From Chrysomallon squamiferum (lineage: Eukaryota > Animalia > Mollusca): a stretch of DNA of 64,000 nucleotides. The position numbers and the translations under genes were made by a program. The notes beneath the pieces are model-generated. The model was not told the DNA's origin and ran no database searches. It was given only the letters and a program-made list of their open reading frames with translations. Location of the stretch: positions 15,996,001 through 16,060,000 of the forward strand of contig CM022671.1 of the NCBI GenBank assembly GCA_012295275.1, read 5' to 3'. This document shows, piece after piece, positions 13,662 through 37,857 of the stretch. The stretch's first letter is position 1. Every line of letters starts with the position of its first letter.

Positions 13662-16600
13662 TCAGTTCACTAATATTCCATCAACAATGCGAATTTTCCC
13701 TCGATTTCCTGCTTTTCGACAACTCACAGAAACAACCTTCAAAAAGGAAATAGACATTTTATAGTAAAGTATGCTCTCAATACCACAATTATGTTAATTT
13801 TCTAAAAAATAAACAAAAAGTTTTGTATATAATAAGCAATTTCAAATCCTAACAATGGACTTTTCAAAGACCAAACATTATATTGATGAAAACAAATATA
13901 TTGATGACTCACTGTAGTAATAAAGTTAAACAGTTAATTTTCTTTTGTCTAAAAAGATCATCTGTTGATTTAAAAAATAATAAACATCAAAGTTCACAAG
14001 TGAAAAAAACCCTATTGATATTAGAATTTTTTGATCTTCCATTCTCAAATCCAAAAATCTAAGATTCATAGTATTCATATGTTTCATTTTACAAAAACAA
14101 AATACTGAATTTATTGAATAAAAATTTCACCATTTCTAACAACAAACCTTTTTGCCTGTCTGTTTCTGGAACAAGAAGTTTGGATTTCGAGTAGCAGCAT
14201 GAGCCAAAAATGATTCTCTGAATTCCTGAGCGGCTTGACTTTGAAAGATCAAACTCCGATCACGTTCACAATTTTTCTGAATTAAATAATAATTCTTTTA
14301 AATATCTTAAAATGATATACAGTAAATTTTATACACCAGTTGTTTTTTTTTACTGATAAAAAATTTAAATAACTGTATATTTAGAAGAAAACATTTTCTT
14401 AAAAAAACAAATTCTAGATTTTTTTTAGCCTAATTACCAATGAGCAAAAATTACAAAATATGTTTATATTCTTTTTTGTTATTTATTTATATGCAATAAC
14501 TTTAGTTAAAAATTTAAAATGTCATAAATTTTTATTTCAACATATGGATGGAAACTCTTTATCCTGGACATCAGAGTTCACACAGGTATAAAGATATTTA
14601 ATGTTTTAAGATACTGAACTGATAAAAGCTGCTTGTTAATGAATGTTTGTGGTGAACATTACAAAGTTCCTACCAAATCAGACAGTCGGTGTGTTTGATG
14701 ATAACCTTTGTCTGGGTCAAATGTATCAAGGTCTATAATCACTTGACCCAGAGATTCATTTCCATACTGGTGACTTTCATCAATTATGTGTAGAATTATG
14801 TATCTGGAAGAAAAAAATCACATATAAATAAATAAATTATAAAATTGCATAAAATACCCTATCTGTAAACCTTTACTATATAAAATTATATGTATTTAAA
14901 AATAATGTTTTAAAAATGTATTTAGACTTGAATGTAGCATAAATGTTTATGGTCTCAAATTATAATACAGTCTAAGACTAGTTTTAAAATGTGTATCCTG
15001 GATTAAAACTTGAAAAATGATTTAAATCAAAAGTATTGAAAATACTTCATTGTGTAGAATTTTTTTATTAGATATCATTCAGTATAAATCTCACCGAAAT
15101 GTTAATTCTTCCACTGGAACCAAAAATTCAAAAGTTTCGTGCCAAACTGGATCCAATGTGTTCTTCTTCACCTAAAGCAGTATTTTACCAAACTGAATGT
15201 TAGCAGGTAAATTAAGTTACATGCAGACCTTTTTAACTTAGTGTAATTATGTAGTAACCAATTAAACATATTAAAAATTTTAAAATCTACAATAAATTCA
15301 TCTTAGATATTTATTTATTATTATCACAAATTCTAATAAATAAAAATCATTTTCTAGATAAACACATTTTAAAATGAAATTTAGTTTCTATTAATGCTAA
15401 CTGTTTTTAAATAAATTTGTAATCTCATTGTATTAAATAGTTGCTATAATAATTTTAAAAAATCAATAGTTAACACATTTTATAACTTTCAGTACTATTT
15501 GGTTTAAATATTAAATTCATAATTGTATTTTTTTTTACTTATAATATTTACCTGTGTTCTGTGAAAACTCTGGTGCTTGAGACAGTATGTTTAACACATT
15601 TTAAGATTACTTTTGATTACAATGTCACTTGGTTTATATATAATTTGTATCTGTATTTGTTTTTGTGTTAAAATGTTTACCTGTGTTCTGTGAATGACTC
15701 CAGTGCCTGGAATGGTAAGTTTAACAAAGGGATCAGCTTTTATTTTGTTGTCTGGTGGAGACAGACCACTGGCACTCAGCACAGACACAAACAGGCGATT
15801 TGTTGATTCTTGAAAGGCAAGACTCACTTCTACTTCTCCACTAACACTCAGATCAGTCTAAATAAATTTAAATGTTTTAAAAATAACAAGCCCCTACTTA
15901 TAGAGAATAATAATACAAATGCACAAACACATACACACACCCAGAACAGACAGACATACAAGCACAATAATTATAAAGAAAATTCAAAGAATTACCTGAT
16001 TATGTTTTATTCTAAATTAGCTGTTCTACCTGTTGCATGTTTCAGTTAGGTAATAAACGTTGGCATATTTTTTTCTCACATATATTCTAATGTATGTTTG
16101 TCATTCATATTAAAAATATAGAAAAAGATTTCATAAATTTTCAAAGGTATGCATTTAGTCAGTGTTTTACAATTTTTTTTTATTTTATACCAGTAACAGT
16201 GTTCCTATCACTTGTTATGCTCAAAATCTTGATTCATATTTTATAATTAATGTTTTTCTTTTTCACCTATAAGCCACATTTAGTTTGATTGATATAAAAC
16301 AGTTTGTAAAATTACTGTCAAAGCTCATTTTTGACTGGTAAAATTTATTCTGTGCCTTTATTTAATTTATGCATTTAAACATTTAATCGTTCAGTAAATT
16401 AAACATTAAAAGTGCATGAAATGTTGTTAATGGCTTTCCATATTATTCTTGATACAGAATACCTTTAAACATGAAAATTTACATGAAACGTAGAATAGCG
16501 TCAAAATGTCATACCTGCATTCTAAGTGTGTACCAAGCAGTATGTACTGGGTTTTCCTTGAAGTTAAATGAATTCATGTTGACAATGACTTCTCCTAGAA

Positions 16601-17973
16601 AGTCATCATGACTTGTAACGTCATAGTCCCACACCTGAGCAATGAGTTTGGCGTCCATCAGTTCAAGTTCACTCAGAGTGAATGAAAATATTTCATTGTA
16701 GACAGGACTGTTAGTTTCAATAACTATCTGTGTTGTTCGACCTCCTTCTCCATGGGTGTCAGGGTACATTTCAAGCTGGAAATAAAAAAATAAAAATAAA
16801 AGAATGCTTTAATTAATAAAGATATGTTTAATATTTTTTGACAATCACCAGTATTAATTTACATTTTATATATGTAATACTTCCCAGGAATAAACCAAAA
16901 TGTGAGAGGAAATGACTTATGTAGTTTTGTACACTTTTCAAAACTTTGATGTGAATATCTTATAGGTGTGCACATACACAGACTCTTTCACACACACACA
17001 CACACACACAGCCAAAAATGTATAAAACATGTTGATTTAAAGTGAACATAAAAAGCAAATGAAACCATTTTTTCTATAAATTCTGTTTTAACTTGGTATT
17101 TATTCATGCCAGTATGATATTCCAGACTACTTATTTATTCAAATATCAACAAAGTGTAATATAGACTTATTTTTAATAGTAAATTAAATGGTAAATATAG
17201 ACAAAAATATTTTTGGAAAGATACTGAAAATTTGTAATACCTTGACATATGGATCTGAGGCTTTTGCTCTGATCTCTCTGTTTCTGAGGTCGTGACACTT
17301 CAACACTTTGACAAGAAGGAGATTTGATGATGAGTTGTACTTGAAAGATAACTGAATTTCACCATTGTTGTCTCCCATTGTTGATGTTACTGATGGGTCT
17401 AGTTGCTTAAAAACACTTTTCAACAGCTGCATACTTTGCTGTAAAATATAATTTAATATTTACAGAATTATTTAAATATGTAGGCGAAGCATTAAAAGAA
17501 TTAAACAGTTTTGCAGATAACTGAAAGACAATTCTGAGACTAATGTGATACAAAAATACTAACATTAATATTGTTTTGGTAAATCACTGTTTGCCTAAAT
17601 ACATGTATTGAGATTAATTTGTATGTTACAAATTTCATTTAATGTTTTTCTTACAAATACATATAATAACACTGAAAAAGGGATATAGCTGATTTGCAAT
17701 TATTTGTTTATAACAACAAAAATCTACCTTGGAGGATAATGTCATGGGAACACACAATGATATGTTACATCTCTGACTGTAATTTAGAATAAATATATAT
17801 ATTTGTCAAACCTTGTCTTGTTCATGTTGACTCCATTCAACAAGTTCACCAGTTTGTGTCTTCTCTTTTTCAGCCTGACTGTTAAGATACCTCGCTATTC
17901 TCAAAATCTTATCTGGGTCCTGTCTCAGTTTTCTTCCTTCTGGAGATATTTCATGTGACTGACTTAGACCCAT
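13662..17973 (-). CDS. Tandem C2-domain (synaptotagmin-like) protein without TM helix, 402 aa; coding exons 17973-17812, 17438-17241, 16775-16515, 15857-15681, 15171-15095, 14803-14674, 14276-14148, 13736-13662
   Basis: Starts MGLSQSHEISPEGRKL. C2A: GEIQLSFKY...LLVKVLKCHDL...SDPYVK...PVYNEIFSF...VWDYDVTSHDDFLGEV. C2B: GEVEVSLAF...ADPFVK...KKNTLDPVWHETFEF...SLGQVIIDL. Ends GKIRIVDGILVN*. Exons sum to 1209 nt in frame. The last acceptor is AAG. Confidence 0.88.
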
Positions 17974-18699
17974 ATTTCTATTTTAAACCTGAAGTAAAAT
18001 TTATACATTAAATATTACCAGAAACATGTTAGAAACATAGAAGGTTTTAAATAAGAGGTTTGAAATAAATTATTATTCTAAGTTGGGTTTTGATATGGTC
18101 AGGTTTTGTTGCTATGGGCTTCAGACAGTGATGCAGCATTAATAAAAAAAGATAACATTACGACTTCTATGAGCAATTTCTGAATTAATATTAATGTTAC
18201 AAAAATACTTTATTATATACTGCATACATGTACAGTTAATATAAATCTTTTTCTTTTCTTTTCTTTTTTAACCTGTATTAAAATCTTTAATTTCTCCACC
18301 ATCCGCCAGTCAACAAATGTAAATATTAATTTAGTTGTATAATCAATAATGTTATTAACAAAACAAATACTTAACTTATGAAATAAATAACAATAATAAA
18401 AACGTACCAAAAGAAACCCCACAAAAACCAAACCAAATCAACGAACTATATTTGCTAGCAACTGAGATGATGTCAAAAAAGTAAATAACTTAATTTCATT
18501 TAATGATTTTATTTTCAACATTAAAATTTAAGATTTAGGATTATTAATAATCAGAGAACTGGCATTTATCATAATTAAAAATTATTACCAATATCAACAA
18601 ATATTAAGTCAAAGAAAACACCAACTGTTACAATAAACTATTAAAAAAGTTAATTCGGTTCCATCAAATATATCAATAACAACTGTTTCTGTTACAATG

Positions 18700-19022
18700 A
18701 CTTCTTTCTCTGTTCGCCGCCATATTGTTTACCTTGGATGTGACCGTAACATTAAAATATTGTAACATTAACATTTTCATAATAAATATTACTATTATAA
18801 GTTTATGGTTTATATTGTTAATAGTATATTGTCTAGAAATGTTTTAAATACCAATATATTTTAACATAAATGAAAACTCGAACTATAGTCACGTGATCGA
18901 TCTTTTTCAGGAGACGCAATCATTCTGACACGGTGTCAGTATTCAACTTTCCGACTGTTTCACACATGTATGGTCAATAATCAAAATAAGAAGTAGTAAG
19001 GAGGAACTACAGCTAATTTAAG
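18700..19022. promoter_or_regulatory. Compact divergent promoter between the C2 gene (-) and Sec61 alpha (+)
   Basis: ATGs are 1050 nt apart, head to head. The C2 ATG exon has an upstream acceptor (17989-17990), so a non-coding first exon lies nearer Sec61 (candidate donor caag|gtaaac at 18733). Contains YY1-like AATATGGCGGCG (-, 18715-18726), GTCACGTGAT (18888-18897), palindrome CTGACAC-G-GTGTCAG (18925-18939) and GGAACTACA (19003-19011). Confidence 0.6.
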
Positions 19023-24880
<5,858 letters not shown>

Positions 24881-26611
24881 TTCATCAAAAGTTTATAGTG
24901 AAAAAATATCTTACTGTATTGTTGGCAACAGCCCAGGTCTCACCTGAAATAAACTGAAATTGTATTTGTTTAGAATATTTATTTTCAAACACACACATCA
25001 GAATATCAAATATTATTATATAGAAGACTGCAAAGGTATTTGGTGAACCAGTTTTTCTTTAAAAAGATCTTTCCAGCGAAAAAAATAAAACATCTATGGA
25101 TAAGCATCTTTGTTATTGTTGAAGAATGCATATAATGATTCATAATAATGTCATACAAATCATAGCCATTAGCCATGTTGTCTGTTTAGTTTTTACCTTC
25201 ATGAAAACAAATTGTTTGTATACTTAACGAACCCATTTCAAAAATTTATCTTTGTTTTAAATGAACCAAGTTATGTTAGTTTTTAAGTCTCAAATATTTT
25301 AATATAATTACAGTATCACTGTATGTTCTTTGTGTTGGGAGGTATGAAAGTGAAGTTTGTGAGGTTCACAAATTGTCTTAATGTGTATGAAGACAAAATA
25401 AAATTTATTTAAATTCAGGCTGTGTTGGTTTTGACATTATTGGATAAAAATGGAACACCAGTTCAGTTGCACATGTAGATATAAAAACTTGTTAGAAAAT
25501 ATTGTTATAAGTAATCAGCAGATTGTTAATTTTAATGGTTTTCCCACGATATTGTCATGTATATATAACAATAGAACTTAAAAACAATTATGGTACCTTA
25601 AAAAAAAAGATCTTTAAGAACTGGCTGTTTTATCGTTTTGACAGTAGGTGTGAAAACAACATGGTCTGCATGCAAAAAATTTGACTGTTATATACTGAAA
25701 CTTTTCTTGAACTGATGTGAAACATTTTAATATTAACTTCAGCATTTAAAGAAGCTGAAATTCTACAAGGTTTATTCAATGTATGAACAATTTAATGATT
25801 AGCATTTTCTCAGTAACTGAAGAAATAAATCTTACATTAATGTCATCAAGAAGTCAAAATACAAATTCAACAATATATTTAGTGTTGTGTTTTGGGTTGG
25901 ACAAAAAAAAAAAAAAAAAATGTAAAATGCATACAACATTAAATGTTTTATTGTTTTTTAACCAATTGATGAATTAAAAATAGCAGCATGTGGAGACCAC
26001 TCTAAAAATTACAATTTAAATTTATATGAGGAGTAGCTATGATAAGGATCAGCTTAGGTCTCTAAATGAATGTCAACATACATGTATTTTTATGTATATA
26101 TGGCTCCTAGTAAAGAATATAATTGGATTTTATTTTTTATTTATTTTTATTTCATCTATTATAGGAAGTTAAATAAATGAGGCCTTAAATGGGAGGCTGA
26201 TAATCTTTAAAAAAAAAAAAAAAAAAACCCACCAAAAAACAACAACAAAACGAGAACAAGCCATAATGATAACAAGATTATTATTCTGATAAATTAAGAA
26301 AGAAACATGAGTTTAGATCTTTCAATCATCAAAGTGCAAGTTCAAAAATACAACAGTTAATAGAAAACGGCTTTTGAAGTATTTGGTTTATCTTGTGTCA
26401 TTTTCACATTAACATATGTTCAAATTTGGCCAATGTAAAAAAGGAACAAGGATAAAAATATGGAAAAAGGAAACCTTTAAATGTATGTTTCTTATGTTAT
26501 ATAACATCAAAATTGTCTTTTAGAAGTCAAGATAACAGATAAAATGAATAAAAATCATTACTATTTTATTGTCATACTTTGTCTTTTAAAACTCACGGTT
26601 ATAGAAAAAGA

Positions 26612-26631
26612 TTAATAATAATAATAATAAT

Positions 26632-26667
<36 letters not shown>

Positions 26668-26773
26668 TTATATTTATTTATATTTATATTTATATTTTTA
26701 TTTTTATTTTTATTTTTATTTTTATTTTTATTTTTATTTTTATTTTTATTTTTATTTTTATTTTTATTTTTAT
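26612..26773. repeat. Compound microsatellite (AAT)n-(TA)n-(TTTATA)n-(TTTTTA)n
   Basis: Read directly. Explains the spurious YFYFYF ORF at 26579-26851. Confidence 0.9.
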
Positions 26774-29001
26774 CTTCTGCATGAAGTAAAACTATGTGGT
26801 CATCGTAACTGTTATATAGTAAAGATTGATATTTCTTTTAGATTTCTATAGTTATTTTTGTATATATATATTTTTTTGAATTTTTTTTTTTATGCAAAGA
26901 TTTTATTTAAAAAATATAAAATATAAATATCTATTTCAATAGAAACAATATCCACTGAATTAATTCAGTTTCCCAGATCCTTTTGGCCAAATTGTTTTGG
27001 GTGATTTGCCTAATTTCATAAATAGTCTAGTTGTGGTATTCAAAATGATTATATTTGGTTTCTTTCCTATTTCAATGCCAGCTACCAACCAAGTCACTGC
27101 ACGTCACATACAGAAATTTCTGCCTATAAGACTTTTTCACTGCCATCATACTTTCTTTTTACAATTTATTTCGAGTGGCAGTCAGTCTATATTTTGAAGT
27201 TATAAATATTTAAAAAAATAAATGTCAGTTTGATTCAGCAAATTATGTACATAAATACATATATTTCTCTGAGTATCCATATGTGTCTGTCTTTACATCT
27301 AACCTTCCATCGATCAATCAGTCTATCCATCTAGGTAAGTAGATAGGTAGAGACCCAGACATACAGGGAAAGAAATAGATAGGCATGTAGATATATGGAG
27401 GGTCAGAGAGACAGACATAGATAATAAGTGATAGACTGACAGACAGAAAGGTATATAGGTAAATGATGTATGAAATCGGTATGTAAACCATTAAGTTTGG
27501 CTACATAATAATAATAATAATAATTAACCTTTATTTTCACACAGTAGTTATATTATCTTATTATTTTATTTAAAAATATATATGTACTAATAAATAATGA
27601 AGACCTTTGTAATTTCCAGCTGTAACTTTTAAAGTCAAATTGTGTTTTTAATTTTGTCATTTTACTGGGGACTTCAAACAGATTTTTATTGCACCTAATC
27701 CTTTTTTTTTAAAGCATCTAATCAGACAAAAAACTTATAATTTCTATGTATTTTCAAGAACATTAATATGCACAGAATTTCTTGAATTACTCAGGTTTTG
27801 CATTAAATGAGAAAAGCTGATTTTTTATACACCAATGTTCACTTTGCAGTCAATTATTGATACCTTTATTAATTTTTTTTTAAGACAATCTTCAGATGCA
27901 TTTAAATAATGAAAATGTTAGTGATGCTGATAAGTGGCCTTGAAATGGGAACAGGTGATTTTTTGTTCTGGAGCACAGCATGTTTAGGAAAGAAAATACA
28001 GATACCATATCCACTGTTTGTAATGAAAATAACAACTGAACCTCTATCAAATTTATTTGTGTACTGATTTGGAATGCCATACAAAAATTGCCAGTATTGG
28101 TTAATTCATCTGGAGATATTTTAATTATTCCACAACTTGAAATGAAAAGTGCAACAGACATTTTAATACCAAACTATTTGTTTTTTGGAAGTCAGTCTTT
28201 GTTTATATTAATGACAAAATATTGAATAAATGCAAAATTTTTGCTGGGCTATTTGTTTTCACAAATCATTTCACAGATTCCAAAATAGCTATTGTTTATT
28301 GTGTGTGTGAAGCACTAAAACCAAAAATAAACCATGTTGTGGTGATCAGTTATTTTATTATGAGATGCTGCAATGTTGTAATTATTTCATGAAGTTCTAT
28401 TACAAGCTCAGTTACATGAGAATCAGACAAGATACAGGGGAATTTACAAATGTGACTGATAAAGTTGATGAATAAATTGTATTTAATGTAAGAAAATGGA
28501 TCATTTAAAAACTATTTTTCACTTCTCATTTACATGTTTTTAGTATTTAATTTCAATAAATTGTTTGTGCATGAAATGTCTCGTTATGACAAACACATCC
28601 AAATGCTGAATGAACCTTTCTGCATAGAAATAACCTGAACACAGTATGAAATAAAATAACCATCCCATTATGAAAATGAATCTCTTTTAAGACAATATTG
28701 CTGTCATTTTTCAAATGCAGAGAGAAATAAGACATTAGAATGCAACAAGTAGAACAATTATGGAAAAAATATTCTTTATTATATGCAAAGTTTGCTGTCC
28801 AAAGGTCTTAAAAAAAAAAAAAAAAAAAACTGAAAGAAATGGAAGAGAACAAAATGTATTTAGGCCACTTGTTTATACTATCAAAGATACACTTTAAACA
28901 ATGCTGATGAAATAAGTTTTCTGATTTGATGAATTATGTGTACATCATAATACAAATATAATAAACCATGATCATTCTGTACATCAGATCTGTATTCTAA
29001 T

Positions 29002-33574
<4,573 letters not shown>

Positions 33575-34450
33575 TCAAGTGATCAAAAAACAACACGCTC
33601 CCCAATAGTTACTTGATGTTTCGCTCCAACCACTTCTGTTTCTGGATAGTTCGACCCTTATCGTTTCGTCCGCGGTTCGAATTCCTTTATTTTAATGGCT
33701 ATACAACCGGTCACTGTTAAATAATAACAACAACAAGGCTAGAATAAATATTATTGGGAAGGCAATGCAGTAAACGCAAAATCTCTCTAACTGAATTTGT
33801 CTTAATTACAGCAAATTGTTTTAATTTACACTTACTTTTTCATTTTCCTAAATATATATTTACTGATTATTAGCGAAGCATTTTAAAAATATAATTGAAC
33901 TGCGCATTACACACATATTTTTCATTAGAGTTATAACTGATGATGAAACTGGAGTTTTTGAAAACATCTACTGTTATTATTTAACTATTGTTAATATGTC
34001 TTAATATTATTAAACAATTCTTTATTTTAAATAAAAACTAAAAATAATTTAAAAAAAAACGAACGAAAACAACAACATATATATATATATATGTATGTAT
34101 GTATATATGTATGTATGTATGTAAAAAAAAAAAAAAATAAAAAATAAACATTATTTATATCAACTTTTTTGTTACAAATAATGAAATGTTATAAAATTAT
34201 TTATTTATTACTTTACAGTTGACCGTTTATCTCTTGGTGTGTATGTGTAACAAATACTCTAAAAAAAACCCACAAAACAACAACAACAACAAAAAACATC
34301 CTACAACAATAACAACACTATTAAATATTACTCTTTATTATTCATTCTTTTTATCATATGTTGGTTTTTAACCAAAGAAATTACAGTTTGCGTTCGGTTA
34401 AATAGTATAAATTCATTTAGTATCAAGTCTTTTAGATTTCTAAAACATTA

Positions 34451-34488
<38 letters not shown>

Positions 34489-34573
34489 AATATAGTAAAA
34501 TTTACTGTGGTAAGAATGGCTCATAAATGATACAAAGTACTAAGATATTAGTAAACGAAAGTAATTTCAGCGG

Positions 34574-34606
<33 letters not shown>

Positions 34607-36481
34607 ACCGACATAATTTAGTTATAAGGCGTAAAAGTATGCAATATTTTATATTGCTAATTTATAGTGACTATTAACGGTTATTCTGAATTGTAATGTT
34701 AGAAATAACAGTAAATCATTAAATTTAATTAAAAAGTAATGAATTCCTATTTTGCGACATTATTCAAAGCAGACATGCGTAGAACGACATAGTTACGGTT
34801 GTTATTGTAATCTAGCCTTTTGCGTTTTCGAGAACAGGAATTATTGATGAAGAGAAGAAAATGTTAACTCAACTTCCTAATTGGTGCAAGCAGACTGTGA
34901 TACGTAGAACATTGTAATCAATACACCCCAAGATTAAGGTGGCTATAAATATTTAATTTTTTGGATAATTACGATTACTTAAGCAAGATATATTGGTTAC
35001 AACCACTATCTAGTAGTAGTAGCATCAAGTTGATCAACCTTCGAATCAGTTTTCATTTCTTTCTCTTTATTTTATCGCTGTTTTATTAAAAAAAAATTAT
35101 TATTATTCCTGCAGATATTAAATTTAGATGTTAACAATTATTATTATTATTTTTTGTTTTGTTGATGTAGAATTAAACCAAATTAAGAAAAGTAATGCTA
35201 GGGGTGCTTAATTATGCATATGTTGAGCCAGTTAAGCAAAGGCATTGATTTATAAATGCTGTTCTGTTTGCCATTATTAGGATATTCTGCAATTATACTC
35301 ATATGAAACCATTTAAATGTTATTACATAAAGTATTAAGCAATGATAATAATAAAAAATAATTTAAAAAATTAAATAAAAGCATAATTACCTTTTTTTGT
35401 TAAGCACTACATCATTATTCATTCAGTTAAGTTCATTTTTAAAATTTGATGATACAGTAAATAAAATTTTCAAGCTTTATTTCATTATCAAAAACAACAA
35501 ACAACCCTCCCTTATGCAATTATTTATTAAACATGTGAGGTACAAAAAGTAAAAAGTAAAAGAGCCATTTAAAGTATAATGTATTGAACTGAAACATTTC
35601 AAGGGAAGAAAAATCTATAATACTTCATTATATAATGGAAAAAAACAAAACAACCCCCCCAAAAAAAAAAAAAAAAAAACCCAAAACAACAACAACAACA
35701 ACAAAAAAAACAACAATAATAATAATAATTTAAAAAATTCATTAGTTATTTTGTATCTTAATATTTAAAATAAAAATAGCTTTATAAACACTTTAAAGGG
35801 TTTGTGACATCTGTACATGGAGCAATAAAATAAACTTCTTTTTCCTAAAAGCTTATATATTCCATAATAATTCATAGTTACTAATAAAAATTCTTAGGTG
35901 GTGAAATATTAAATTATTAACAATTATGTTTACAATTCAAGTAATTATTATGTTTACAGATTTCTGAACGCATTGTAATTTTCTTTTTCTGCCTTGTATG
36001 TTGGTTTGGATGAAACAATATACACACCGACCAAAATATAATATATATCTACATGAAGGAACAGTGAAAAGATACACTGTTTTCCAATACAAACAACAAC
36101 AAACACAAACAACAACAACAACAACAATAACAACAAGTATAACAATAACAATAACAATAACAATAACAATCAACAACAACAACAACAACAACAACAATAA
36201 TAATAATTTAGTATATTGTCTAGTTAAATTAATATTTGTCATATTCTGTCCCATTCTGTAAAACAAATATACACTGTAATTCAGGAATACAGAGAAGGGA
36301 GGGTTGCCATTTAATGGAAATAAGTTTTTAAATCCTTTAATTATAGAAAATATAAATTGTTTTGAACAAAATCGTCTTTCAAATAAATTTATAATTATAA
36401 TGTTAATAACAAACAATGCCTGTTGAATTTCAGATATAATGTAAAGGTTTGGCACAAAAAAGAAATCAGCAAAATACGATA

Positions 36482-36734
36482 ATGAGTGATCAAGATCAAG
36501 ATGAAGATAAATTCTATTCAGGGTACACCCCTGCAATATCAGCACAACCACCGAAAATTATCAAGCAGGAAGAGAACCAGGTTGAAGTATCGGCTAGTCC
36601 AGCCTTTCAGTGCCTTGATGAGGTGATCAAAGACTCTTTGTTTATATCTATGTATTTACATCTATATATATATATATATATATCTAAACATCTATATATC
36701 TATGTCTGTATGTATATATCTATATATATATATA

Positions 36735-36793
<59 letters not shown>

Positions 36794-37362
36794 ATTTACG
36801 TTTTTAAAAATAGCAATTATATATTTTCTCTGAAAATTATCAGTGAGATGCTGGTCTAATGCAATAAATAAGGAAAATAAAATCATTCTTGAATGTAATA
36901 ATTTTAAAGCAGAATACAAAATAATATACTAGTATACTTATTGATCTTTAAATGTTTGAATCACACATGATAACTGAAATACATAAAATAAATCATAAAA
37001 ATAATATACTAGTATACTTGTTTATCTTGAATGTTTGAATCACATGTTAATTTCCACACTTAAAATAAATCATAAAAATAAATATGCTGGTATACTTATT
37101 TATCTTGAATGTTTGAAACACACAGGTATGATAATTTCCATACATAAATATAGCTCTTGTGTTCTGAGTCCTTTGAATGAGTGAATATTAAATTTTCTGC
37201 ATTTTTCTCATCTTATGTTAATCAATAATATACCTGAGGTCATTCTGTTGATCCTGTTTCTAAGGACATAAGTCCCCTGTGGTGCCATAAGAGTTAAATG
37301 ATAATAAAATTATTATGAAATAAATCAGAAAATTTTTTAGAAAACAACTCCAAAACAAACTG

Positions 37363-37399
<37 letters not shown>

Positions 37400-37799
37400 A
37401 AGAAAAGAAAAAAATGTTTCTCCCAAACATTCTTTAATATTATTATTATTGTTGTTGTTGTTTTATATATTCTTTTTTATTATTATTATTATCAATATTG
37501 AATTCAGTTTCAGATTCTATATATATTAATTCTTTTATTTTCAGTTATTTTCAGCAGGGAAACTGAGTGGAACAAAGGTCTCATTGTTAAAAGCAAAATA
37601 CACAGAACTGCATGAAACACTTAAAAGGTTTATGTCATATGAAAATTAAATATATTTATTATAATAACATTTATATATTAATAAATCTATTAAATTATTT
37701 TGAGAATGTTTCTAATAATGTATGCTGTCAGAATTCTTAAAGATTGATTTAATATCTTCTGACTTTTTTAACACATTCTTTAAGTTTTTATCTTCATTT

Positions 37800-37857
<58 letters not shown>

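Noticed and set aside
35937-36551. 204-aa - strand ORF and similar ORFs at 26579, 52144, 57413, 62474, 63282 and 63329
   Set aside because: Produced by microsatellites (poly-L/V/I/Y/N, ERER, CVCV) or antisense to real exons.
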